DNA of 64,000 nucleotides from Sphaerodactylus townsendi (Eukaryota): NCBI RefSeq assembly GCF_021028975.2, contig NC_059439.1, positions 33,232,001 to 33,296,000 of the forward strand, read 5' to 3'. Shown piece by piece: positions 1 to 9,855 of this stretch (position 1 is its first letter; each line of letters starts with the position of its first letter). The notes under the pieces were generated by a model. It saw only the letters and a program-made list of their open reading frames with translations, ran no database searches and was not told where the DNA came from. The position numbers and the translations under genes were made by a program.

Positions 1-597
1 AGATTTTGCTGTGCTGATCCCTAATTTTGTCACGTTGCTTTTTCCACAGGATGTTCAAGTTGGCCTTTGGGAGGCAAATAGCTGTCTTCTGCTACTGGTG
101 GGAAAAGAGCATGTTCCGAAGATGGAGGGATTCTGCCATAAAATCCCAACGTAAAGACAACGGATTCTGAAAATCTCCCTCAATTTGAGTGGCCACGTAC
201 AATAAATAAAATTATTGCAGCTTAGCACTTTGTTTCATTTTGCGGAGTATTTTTTGGGATGGAGTTGAGCACTACTTTGAAAACCATTTCGTAGTCTGTA
301 TTTCCTGTGAATTGTTTACTTAGTGGCAATTTTATGCCAATCTGTACTCTGTTCCACTGAAAAATAAAAGTGCAGTCAGTTGTGGTGCAGCGGTAGAGGA
401 AATAGTATGCTTCCGCATTAGAAAATAGCCCTGAATTAATATGAGAATTACCATTCATTTTTAAGCACAGGCTTTGTCAAACCCATTATTCTATGCCGTA
501 TTAGTCATGGTACTTTGATAAAGGGGCCTTTATAGCACATTGAATAACTCAGCAGAATTTGCTTTTTTGAAACAACGTCATCCGTTTCCTTTGCAAA

Positions 598-2007
598 ATG
601 GCTGATGGAGCAGGCATGTCTACCTCTGAAGTGAACTCTCCTCTCTGTTACTTCAAAACTAATCGCAGAGGTCAGACAATTCGAAGTCAGACTCAGCAAC
701 TTATACTGAACGTGTACTCGCGCATTCGGGAAGATCAGCCGAGCCTTAGCATAGAGGAATGTGTTGGAGAAACCTCGAGGCTGACGGGTGTGTCGTCTGC
801 GCCCATCTACAGGGCAAAGAAGCAATGGCACACAGGAGGCGGAGTTCTCGGGACGCCGGGCAAGAAACGTCCTCGCAAATCCGAGACGAAGGGAAGCAAC
901 GTGAAGTGTGACAGCTCTGCTCGTTGCGCAATAAGAGCGATTGTACATAAGTATTTCTTCAGAAACGAGATACCCACGCTAAAGAAAATACTTAGTGATG
1001 TAAACGGCGACCCGGATCTGCCGTGCATTTCACAATCGACGCTGCACCGCATTTTGAAAGACATTGGCTTTGCCTACAATCGCCGACATAAGGATTGCAC
1101 ATTGACCGACAAGCCTGAGATCACAGCGTGGAGGCACCGGTATTTGAGAAAGATTCGCCAGTTTCGTTCTGAGGGGAGGAAGATCTTTTTTCTGGATGAG
1201 ACGTGGGTGAGCGAGGGGCACGCGGTCTCAAAATGTGGGCAAGACCAAATTGTCAAGCCAACGAAGGAGGTGTTCCTTAAGGGCTTGTCTGCGGGACTGA
1301 GAGAGTCGTCTGGGAAGGGGAGTCGCTTGATTTGCGCTCACTGTGGGAGCGAGGAAGGGTTTGTGGAGGGTGCGTTGCTTCTTTTTCGGTCTGCAACAGG
1401 CGATTACCATCAGGAAATGAACGGGGACAGCTTCGAAAAATGGTTCGGCGAGCTGCTGCGGAAACTGCCTCCCGAAAGCGTGATTGTTATGGATAATGCC
1501 TCTTGTCATTCTGTGACGTCTGAGAAGATCCCAACAAGCGGGTCCAAAAAGGACGCCATCAGGACGTGGCTAACGGAGAAGGGGATCTCTTGGGAGCCGG
1601 AGCAAGTTAAGCCTGAGCTTATCCTTCTGGTTCAAAGAGAAAAGCACAGGTTCGTTCGGTTTCGGGCAGACGAAATGGCGGTTGCTGCCGGGCATCAAGT
1701 GCTTCGCCTCCCTCCCTACCACGCGGAATTGAACCCCATCGAGTTGGCGTGGACTCAGATAAAAAGACACGTGGCGATAAACAACAACACCTTTAAACTG
1801 AATGACGTTAAGAATTTATTTGAGGACGGAGTGCATGCAGTGACTCCTGAGATGTGGAGCGGTTTTGTCCAACGTGTGACCGAAAAGGAGCAGCAATTTT
1901 GGGATCTTGACTTTCTCCAGGAAAACAACGAAACATCCCCACGAAAGATCCATTTGGGGTCAGACTCTGACAGCCCTTCCTCTGAGAGTGAAGAGAGCTA
2001 TGAATAA
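598..2007 (+). CDS. Intact IS630-Tc1-mariner DDE transposase, DD82E (Sailor-like)
   Basis: Uninterrupted 469-aa ORF. Catalytic motifs FFLDETW (D200), IVMDNASCH (D299) and LRLPPYHAELNPIELAW (E382), with 82 residues between D299 and E382. N-terminal HTH-like region, basic NLS-like PGKKRPRK, winged-helix-like PTLKKI...ISQSTLHRILKDIGF, acidic Ser-rich tail. Confidence 0.9.
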   Translation: MADGAGMSTSEVNSPLCYFKTNRRGQTIRSQTQQLILNVYSRIREDQPSLSIEECVGETSRLTGVSSAPIYRAKKQWHTGGGVLGTPGKKRPRKSETKGSNVKCDSSARCAIRAIVHKYFFRNEIPTLKKILSDVNGDPDLPCISQSTLHRILKDIGFAYNRRHKDCTLTDKPEITAWRHRYLRKIRQFRSEGRKIFFLDETWVSEGHAVSKCGQDQIVKPTKEVFLKGLSAGLRESSGKGSRLICAHCGSEEGFVEGALLLFRSATGDYHQEMNGDSFEKWFGELLRKLPPESVIVMDNASCHSVTSEKIPTSGSKKDAIRTWLTEKGISWEPEQVKPELILLVQREKHRFVRFRADEMAVAAGHQVLRLPPYHAELNPIELAWTQIKRHVAINNNTFKLNDVKNLFEDGVHAVTPEMWSGFVQRVTEKEQQFWDLDFLQENNETSPRKIHLGSDSDSPSSESEESYE

Positions 2008-2672
2008 ATAAGTAAAAACTCCCAAGGTGAGATCTTTCGTTGGCATTACTCTGTGTGCCTCTCCCTGGGCTATTCCTCAATCACCAACAAATTCATGAGG
2101 GGGTTTTTCGTTTTCATTTTTGTGTTTGAACGGAGGAGAGCGGGGCAGAACTTGGTAGGCACTAGGACCTAAGCGGAACATTCTACAGTAAAGAAGGTGC
2201 AGCATGTGACGGATGAACTCTTATCTTTCAGTGGAACAGTAGCCTGGCTTTGCAGATATCAAAATGCCATGTTATTAATGGGTGGAATTACAGTGTTCTT
2301 TATGTCTCTGTCTTGTGAAGATAGAAAAGGCTTTACTCCCAAGGAAGTTTTCAACACTGAAACCAAATGGCATTTAGGTTTTGAACATTGATTTGCCTTT
2401 ATTCTTTCCCCTTCTGTTGTAACTTGAGTTCCTTAGCATGCAGAATCCAAACTTTCCGGAAGTACTTCCCTAAGAATGCTAGTGCCGGTAGACTTTCAAT
2501 CAGTTGTGATCTCGCCAATTATAAAGTTTGTGCTTCAAACCAAATTTATTTTTTCCCTGCCTGTCATTGTTTACATGAACACTGGTTGTATTCAGATGCG
2601 ATGGTAAATCTGATTTAATCGTAGGTGTGCCAAAGGAACAAATGTATGAAATACTTATTTTTGCATCCTGGT

Positions 2673-2779
2673 TTCCCTCCCTCCCCCCCTCTCTCTCCCC
2701 TTCCCTCCCCCCCTCTCTCTCTCCCTCTCTCCCTCCCCCCTCTCTCTCCTCTCTCTCTCCCCCCCCTCCCCCCCTCCCC
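2673..2779. repeat. Polypyrimidine (CCCT/CT)n low-complexity tract
   Basis: About 105 bp almost entirely C/T. Confidence 0.9.
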
Positions 2780-2939
2780 AAATCTGTGAAATCATCAAGG
2801 TGGTCCCTTGGCCGAACTGGATTTTGTTTTCTTCTCCATCCTCGTACCAAGCAAATTTCTAAAACTTAGTTTGATCCAGGTGTAAAATTTGCTTGTGCAG
2901 AAGGTACACACACCAGTTTTTCCAGGTACCAGCATGAGG

Positions 2940-3730
2940 GTACAGAGGAGAGCAGGGAGGATGATCAAGGACCTGGGAAGATTGAGGCTGAAGAAGATGA
3001 CGTTGACGGGTGAGGGACAACATGATTGCTCTCTTTAAGTATTTGAAGGGCTGTCTCTCAGAGGAGAGCAGGGAGCCGTTCCTCTTGGCAGCAGAGGACA
3101 CGATTTGCAATAATGGGTTTAAATTATGAGCGGAAAGGTAGTGGCTGGATATTTTTTGCAGCAAGAATTGTTTAACCGTGGAAGTGGCTACCTAGAAAGG
3201 TGGTAAGTTCCCTCTCGCTGGCAATCTTTTAAGCAGCAGCTGAGCAAACACTTGCCAGTTATACTTTGAGCAGAGGGGGGTTGGACTAGATGGCCTATAT
3301 CCGTGGTGGCGAACCTTTGGTACTCCAGATGTTAAGGACTGCAATTCCCATCAGCCCCTGCCAGCATGGCCAATTGGCCATGCTGGCAGAGGCTGATGGG
3401 AATTGTAGTCCTTAACATCTGGAGTGCCAAAGTGCTTAACATCTGGAGAGCCAATTGGCCATGCTGGCAGAGGCTGATGGGAATTGTAGTCCTTAACATC
3501 TGGAGAGCCAAAAGTGCTTAACATCTGGAGTGCCAATTGGCCATGCTGGCAGAAGCTGATGGGAATTGTAGTCCTTAACATCTGGAGTGCCAAAAGTGCT
3601 TAACATCTGGAGAGCCAATTGGCCATGCTGGCAGAGGCTGATGGGAACTGTAGTCCATAACATCTGGAGTGCCAAAGGTTTGCCACCATGGGCCTATATA
3701 ATCCCTTCCAACTTGTATAATACTATGGAT
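2940..3730 (+). mobile_element. Degenerate CR1 LINE 3' fragment, interrupted by a hAT MITE
   Basis: CR1 ORF2 C-terminal/3'UTR phrases ('ctgaagaagatgacgttgacgggtgagggacaacatgattgctctctttaagtatttgaagggct', 'ttggactagatggcc', 'cccttccaac'). Confidence 0.7.
3301..3691. mobile_element. hAT-type palindromic MITE with a tandemly amplified right arm
   Basis: TIRs CCGTGGTGGCGAACCT / AGGTTTGCCACCATGG; 8-bp TSD GCCTATAT (3293-3300, 3692-3699); an ~82-bp internal unit is present about 4 times. Confidence 0.85.
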
Positions 3731-4304
3731 AAGTGTGGTGCCTCCTCACAGTCCTGGTGTTTCTGCTAAAAGCATGGTAGTGTACAGAGAATGTTTGAAA
3801 CTGCTGTCTTTGGGCTCGAGTGTGTTTCTTCTTGAAGGAACAGTCTAGCATATTCCTAAATGACAGTGTTCAAAAGTCCAGAATGTAGAGCTGGAAAAGG
3901 CTCCTGTGTTCTGCCCATCATGATCTTTAACTTGTTTGGTTGGCCTCGACTTGGAAGAATCCTTCAAATTTTTGATATTGCAAAACATGATTTTCCACCA
4001 TGGCGGCTCACAAGGTCCCTAAAAGATCATAAATGTTGTACTTGCCATTTTTATCAGGCTGGACCTAAGTAGGGCCATAAAATTTAGGAGTTAAGCAACA
4101 GATGTCTGAGCTAGGTAGCGTATAGTTTACTCATCTATGCTCGGCCAAAATCCGTGTAGCTTTTTCCCTTCCTCACAGGTTTTTCTGAGTACGAAGTTTT
4201 TTCATGACACATATAATCTCAATATTGTTGTTGCCAACAGCCTACAGAAACAGTATCCTCTCTCTTTAATAGATGCTTGAAGACAGGTAATTTACCTCTA
4301 CATT

Positions 4305-4398
4305 ATGTGAGCTCCCAAAGGCACCTGGTGGGCCACTGCGAGTAGCAGAGTGCTGGACTAGATGGACTCTGGTCTGATCCAGCAGGCTTGTTCTTATG
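4305..4398 (+). mobile_element. CR1-type LINE extreme 3' end (TTCTTATG tail)
   Basis: Reverse complement of the element ends at 9011 and 12631. Confidence 0.75.
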
Positions 4399-4729
4399 AG
4401 AATCTGCAGCTGCCTTCTCCCTTGCATTAAGCCACTATTTAGAGTCCAGAACATTTTGCTTCAGGTTGTTGGTAACTCTCTGAAGGCTGTTGTGGAAAAA
4501 TAAAGACAACTGTTTTGTCTGCTTGCCTTAAGTGTTCTGTTAACCTCCAGCCATGAGAAGAGCTGTACTGATTTTGTAAGGTTGCATTCTGCTTGGGAGG
4601 AGGGCTACAATGTGGATGCTTTGGACAAGTGGAATTGAGCACCAGTTGTGGCAAAGGTGGCATTGCTTAGAACAGATAAAACACTGGAACAGGACTGAAA
4701 TATAATTTTGGATCATATATATATATATA

Positions 4730-6272
4730 CTAGCGGGCCCGGCCACGCGTTGCTGTGGCAATTGTCCTTCTCATCACAGTCCGCAACCCACACAGATGTC
4801 CATGCAGGTCCAATGATCCCCAGCATAGCCTTTTGGGGTGGTCAAATGGAATCCCTCTTTCCCTTTTCAATTCACATTATTATATGGTGCTGTCTTGGTT
4901 TTTAGTATAAGGCAGTGATGGCGAACCTATGGCACGGGTGCCAGAGGTGGCACTCAGAGCCCTCTCTGTGGGCACACACAAACAGAGTTCATCATGTGGG
5001 GGAGAAATTGCCCCCCCCCCCATCTAGGTTGGCCTGGGCCGCTGGGCTCGATTATTAGCATTAAACCCAAGACCTAGTTTTGGGGAAGCAGTATAGGTAA
5101 CCCTGTTAAGCACTCTTAAAACCGACTGCTTTTCATGCAGAGAACTAAAGTGTGATCCTTTACCTGGGAGTAAGCTCAGTTGCTGGTAATGTGGCCTGCT
5201 TCTGAGTAAACCCTCCCAGGGTTGTGATTCACCCATTTGAAGAGTTGCATGGTTGCATCAAGCAAAGCCAACAACTACCACCAGGCTTACTCCCAAGTAA
5301 TACACGCCTCAGCACCAACCATTTTTTCTTAACTAAAACCTCAGCATTCAGGTTAAATTGCCGTGTTGGCACTTTGCGATAAATAAGTGAGTTTTGGGTT
5401 GCAGTTTGGGCACTCGGCCTTGAAAAGGTTCGCCATCACTGGTATAAGGTAACCCTTTCCATTTCACAGCGGAACTGTCCAGAGTGCGAATCCCGCTGTC
5501 CATGAGGCTGGTTGACACGCACAGTCCTGGCGTGGGTAAGGCAGAACTGGGGCAAGGAGGCTATCCCAGTCAGGCAGCAGAGGCAGGGCGGTGAGGCGCT
5601 CGGATCGAGGCCAGCTCCCTGGGTTCTTAAAGGACCACTTGCAAAAGAAGCGGAGCCGGTAGTGTTGGTTCGCCCCCCCCCGCCCCACGGATTTTCTTGG
5701 AAGAAAAAGGCAAACTCCAGCTCGCGTTTAGTAAAAGAGAGCTGTGGCGAATATGGGTGAGGAAGTGGGTAAGTGGTGGTTGGATGTGAGGGAGGGCAGA
5801 GTGAGGTGTGTGAAGATGAGCTGGATGTGTGTTGTGTGGTAGCAGTGGGTGAGGCTCAGAGAGTGAAAGTTACCTGCGTGTGAGGGGGGCGAACCCCACC
5901 TGATGTCTCATTTGGCAAAGTGTGTATGTGTTTCACTTCCCGCTCGTGGCCACCTAACAATTGTTACCTGTTACTGTTTCCATTGCTCCATCTCTGCCCA
6001 TCCCTGGGAACCCAGCCCTCCAGCCACAAGACGGAATAGACTGCACAGGCCCATTCCTAAGGAGTGACAAGTTGAACACAAACAGCTTCATGACACAGGT
6101 GCGCCATGGGAACAAAGAAGCAGGTTTTACCACAAACAAGGTATGGACTATGGGTGATTTTAAGGTCCGATTACCTGCCCGCAACGGGGGGGGGGGACGT
6201 CCTGTGAAAATTTGGGGGTAATCCGTCCAGCAGCTTCTGAGGGATACCATCAGGGACAAACACACTGTTAGA

Positions 6273-6325
<53 letters not shown>
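4730..6325 (-). mobile_element. Non-autonomous Helitron-like element
   Basis: On the minus strand it ends in a GC hairpin (GCCACAGC-AAC-GCGTGGC) followed by ...GGGCCCGCTAG|T. The other end reads TATATATAAATATCTAACAGTGTGTTTGTCCC out of a (TA)n tract. No TIRs. Confidence 0.6.
4913..5441 (+). mobile_element. Non-autonomous hAT element (~520-bp family), nested in the Helitron-like element
   Basis: TIRs CAGTGATGGCGAACCT / AGGTTCGCCATCACTG; perfect 8-bp TSD GTATAAGG; sister copies at 22081 and 52861. Confidence 0.9.
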
Positions 6326-6328
<3 letters not shown>

Positions 6329-6340
6329 GGGGGGGGGGGG
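6278..6340. repeat. (TA)n microsatellite followed by poly-G
   Basis: Directly visible. Confidence 0.95.
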
Positions 6341-6580
6341 TATGGGTTTCCAATTATCATTTTTGTTGCCCACTCATGAAAGAGCAGTAGTTCACCTGTG
6401 GAATAGAAGGGTAGCTTGGAGAGAAGAGACCACCAACACAGAAAAAAATATTGACTCACTAATTTATTTGGGTCTTCCCCATCCCACCCTTAGTTTTTTA
6501 GTCTTCTTCATCCCCCCCCCCCCACCTTAGGTTTTTTTGTTTTTTTTTTTTTTTTTAACCAGAGATTCTCACAGCAGTGG

Positions 6581-7219
6581 GAGGAGAGAAGTTTGGATAT
6601 TTATTTAACACTATTTTGGGGTTGCTTTCTTGCTTTACAGATGAAAATTTGCCTCAAGAGTCGGTAAGGCCGTTTGACAGGAGCAGAAAGCAAAAGGCAT
6701 CAATGTAGCCAGGTATTTTCGATTTCGATAAATGGCTCTAGCTCGACCTTTCTCCTCAGTCTGCAGATTTTTGCATGCAAGGAGTTTTAACACTGTGGAG
6801 CGTGCAGAGAGCTGCGATGTACTCAGACATCCTCTGAAATGCTGCAGTCCCAGAAGAAGACTTTAAGTTTGATTAGGAGAAGGGCATGACTTCATGAGAT
6901 GAATGGGAAAATGGAGTACAAGTTTGCAAAATATAATGGTCGCTTCTTGGAGCAGTGTGGGACGTGGGCGGGCAGGCGGGCAGGGAACAGTGTGTAGATT
7001 AGAGCAGAGAAAGAGCAATCTCTTAATTCTGTTCAATTTTGAACCCAGATAATTTCTTCCTGAGGCAAATTAGGAGGAAGAGTTTGGACATGATTTGTAC
7101 TATTTTGGGGTTGCTTTCTTGCTTTGCAGATGAAAATTTGCCTCAAGAGTAGGTAAGGCCGTTTGACAGGAGCAGAAAGCAAAAGGCAGCAATAATATTC
7201 AGGTATTTTTTTCGATTTC
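6581..7219 (+). repeat. Local direct duplication (~140 bp; ~6581-6727 and ~7071-7219) carrying an exon-like unit
   Basis: Both copies read 'ctattttggggttgctttcttgcttt(a/g)cag|atgaaaatttgcctcaagagt(c/a)g gtaaggccgtttgacaggagcagaaagcaaaaggca'. Confidence 0.85.
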
Positions 7220-7508
7220 CGTCTCTCCAGTGAACTGTTTCTTTGGAAGGATCTTAACCGATTCCATGGAGTATCTGCTTTTGATTACTACTGCATATAA
7301 ATACTGAAGCAAAAAAGAGACATTAAAAACCCAACGATAGTTTACTTTTAGCACGAGATTCCATTTTATTTTTTATTCTGAGAATCAGCCCGTTTCTTCA
7401 GAAAGACATGATTGTGCCCTCATAAAGATTTCACGAATGGTATGTGGAAGCATTGGTAATGCAAACATTCAGTGTGACCCACCCAAGAACAGCCCTATGC
7501 TCCACCTA

Positions 7509-7741
7509 CCGTGTTTCCCCGAATATAAGACAGTGTCTTATATTAATTTTTGCTCCCAAAGATGTGCTATGTCTTATTTTCAGGGGATGCCTTATTTTTC
7601 CTGTGTTCTGTTCGTCGGGCATGCTTCCAAACAAAAACTTTGCTATGTCTTACTTTCGGGGGATGCCTTATATTTCGCACTTCAGCAAAACCTCTACTAT
7701 GTCTTATTTTTCGGGGATGTCTTATACTAGGGGAAACAGGG
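7509..7741. mobile_element. Tc1/mariner-pogo (Tigger-like) MITE
   Basis: TA-flanked; TIR CCGTGTTTCCCCGAATATAAGAC vs GTCTTATACTAGGGGAAACAGGG; internal repeats 'atgtcttattttcggggatgccttat'. Confidence 0.8.
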
Positions 7742-7797
7742 TAATACATGCAGGGGTTTTGGGTGAGAGGATCTTGACAATCCTCCTAATTTGGACT

Positions 7798-8850
7798 TCA
7801 CGTTAGCTTTTTGGCAACAGGCGTGCTAGAAGCTGGCAAAGGAACATTTGAGGATGGAGTGGAGCTATCTGTAAGCTTCATATCGCGGCAGAACAAAACA
7901 GCCTCCTTTCCAAAGCCCAGCTGGTACTGCCAAATATACAGCTGGCTTTTCGGCTGCAGGCTCACCTGAATGCTTTCTTCTGTCTCGGTGACGTCACTCC
8001 AGTTTTCCTGTGTGGTGTCGACACTGTGTCCGCCATATTCAGCAGAGAGGGAGAACTGGAACTTGGCAATGGCTTCAATGAGGGCTCCTGCCTGGTATGA
8101 GGTACCCATCTGAATCTTCCAGGCCTTCTCCACAGCATCCATCTTCATCTTGTTGTATCCCATCTTCTTAGTGATCCTCTTGCTCCACACGACGGGAGCG
8201 TTGGACTCATTGGAGATGGTCTTGAGTGCCTCCCATCTACCAAAAGCCGGACCTTGAATAATAGCCAGCCCTCCAGGAATAAAAGGGACCACAGTTCCAT
8301 GGAAGGAATATGTGGCAACATTAAGGTTTACGTGTAAGTCGGTGCACCTATGGTATTGGATGCCCCATTCATTTTGGGGTTTGAGAAAGTAGAAGAAATT
8401 CTTCGTACCCCAGTAATAAAGGCCATTTTTGCACTCTGGGTGAAAGGTGTAGTCAGTTAAATCTTCAGCTGTATCCAAATGAGCGACGCTGCGGTAAAAG
8501 CCTTTGTCCTGGAAAATAATGTAGAAATTACCATGGGAAGATAGATAATGATCTCCTCCTCGGCAGTCTGGATGAAGGCTGAACACTGTGGCTTCACTAT
8601 CATTGGTCATGTCAGAGACACGGCGAAAGTTGTCTCCTTTGATGATATAGAAATAACCATTCTGATGGGCTAAGTAGTGATCTCCACCCTGACAAGAATT
8701 GTGGAGCTGAAACAGTTCCAGCTGACTGCCACCATTGAAATTAGTTGCCCTCATGTAGCAGCGCAGGTCAGAGCGGACAATGTAATAATAGCCATCCACT
8801 CCACAGAAATCAACTCCTGGTGCTTTGCTCTTGGAGAGTATTTGAGGCAT
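7798..8850 (-). CDS. Uncharacterised 350-aa protein: four-repeat beta-propeller-like N-terminus plus predicted aerolysin/ETX-MTX2-like beta-pore-forming domain
   Basis: Intact ORF. A minus-strand splice acceptor 'tttttgtttcctag|aatcaaacATG' places the start at 8850 (MPQILSK...). Repeats FYII...LHxxCxGGDHY. The C-terminal half is Ser/Thr-rich with alternating segments (KFQFSLSAEYGG, TETEESIQVSLQP, LYIWQYQLGF). Coding status is high confidence; the fold is inferred. Confidence 0.85.
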   Translation of the reverse strand: MPQILSKSKAPGVDFCGVDGYYYIVRSDLRCYMRATNFNGGSQLELFQLHNSCQGGDHYLAHQNGYFYIIKGDNFRRVSDMTNDSEATVFSLHPDCRGGDHYLSSHGNFYIIFQDKGFYRSVAHLDTAEDLTDYTFHPECKNGLYYWGTKNFFYFLKPQNEWGIQYHRCTDLHVNLNVATYSFHGTVVPFIPGGLAIIQGPAFGRWEALKTISNESNAPVVWSKRITKKMGYNKMKMDAVEKAWKIQMGTSYQAGALIEAIAKFQFSLSAEYGGHSVDTTQENWSDVTETEESIQVSLQPKSQLYIWQYQLGFGKEAVLFCRDMKLTDSSTPSSNVPLPASSTPVAKKLT

Positions 8851-9010
8851 GTTTGATTCTAGGAAACAAAAACCATAATAGATAATTATATCACAGTGAT
8901 ATGCAAGAGGAATCATTAACAGCTGTTCTGGCTTCTAGGAAACCATGATTGCAGCAAGTTAAGAAAAACGGAAGAGTTGGGTTTTATAACCCATTTTTCT
9001 CTTCCTCTAA

Positions 9011-9855
9011 GGAACATAAGAACAAGCCAGCTGGATCAGACCAGAGTCCATCTAGTCCAGCTCTCTGCTACTCGCAGTGGCCCACCAGGTGCCTTTGGGA
9101 GCTCACATGCAGGAGGTGAAAGCAATGGCCTTCTGCGGCTGTTGCTCCCGAGCACCTGGACTGTTAAGGCATTTGCAATCTCAGATCAAAGAGGATCAAG
9201 ATTGGTAGCCATAAATCGACTTCTCCTCTATAAATCTGTCCAAGCCCCTTTTAAAGCTATCCAGGTTAGTGGCCATCACCACCTCCTGTGGCAGCATATT
9301 CCAAACACCAATCACGCACGCGTTGTGTGAAGAAGTGTTTCCCTTTATTAGTGTTCTTTGGCATTTTCAATTCTAGTTCCTGAGTATTTGTGAGAAAGAG
9401 AGAAAAAATTATCTGTGTCAGCATTTTCTGCCCCCATGCATAATTTGCATAGACTTCGATCATATTATCCCCTCAGGCGTCTCCTCTCCAAGCTAAAGGG
9501 TCCCAAAGCGCTGCAGCCTCTCCCTCGCAGGAAGGTGCTCCAGTCCCTCAATAATCATCCCTCGTTGCCCTTCTCTGCACTTTTTCTATCTGCCCAATAT
9601 CACTTTTTTGAGATGTGGCGACCAGAACTGAACACAATTACTCAAATTTTGGTCGCACCATGGCTTGCTCTCGGGCGTGACAATCTTTTGATTTATTCTC
9701 AATTTCCCTTTCCTAGTGATCCCCAGCATAGAGTTTACCTTTTTCACAGCTGCCATGCATTGAGTTGACATTCCCATGGAACTATCAACTAAGGCAGCCG
9801 AATGCTTTCCTGGTCTGTGACTGATAGCACTGACCCCTGTAGCGTGGATGTACAA
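9011..9855 (-). mobile_element. CR1 LINE 3' fragment
   Basis: Minus-strand peptide STQCMAAVKKVNSMLGITRKG...CVQFWSPHLKK typical of the CR1 ORF2 C-terminus; TTCTTATG tail. Confidence 0.85.

Larger units (their letters stand above)
2830..4200 (+). repeat. Segmental duplication, copy A (partner at ~14630-15660)
   Basis: Collinear shared blocks, e.g. 'tttgaaactgctgtctttgggctcgagtgtgtttcttcttgaaggaacagtcta' and 'gttaagcaacagatgtctgagc', present in both copies. Boundaries approximate. Confidence 0.85.

Noticed and set aside
3301-3691. CRISPR-like repeat array
   Set aside because: No unique spacers and no cas genes; bounded by hAT TIRs and an 8-bp TSD in a vertebrate genome.
8851-8916. N-terminal 22 aa of the 372-aa ORF as a signal peptide
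   Set aside because: It spans a polypyrimidine tract and AG acceptor, so it is most likely intronic; the start is better placed at 8850.
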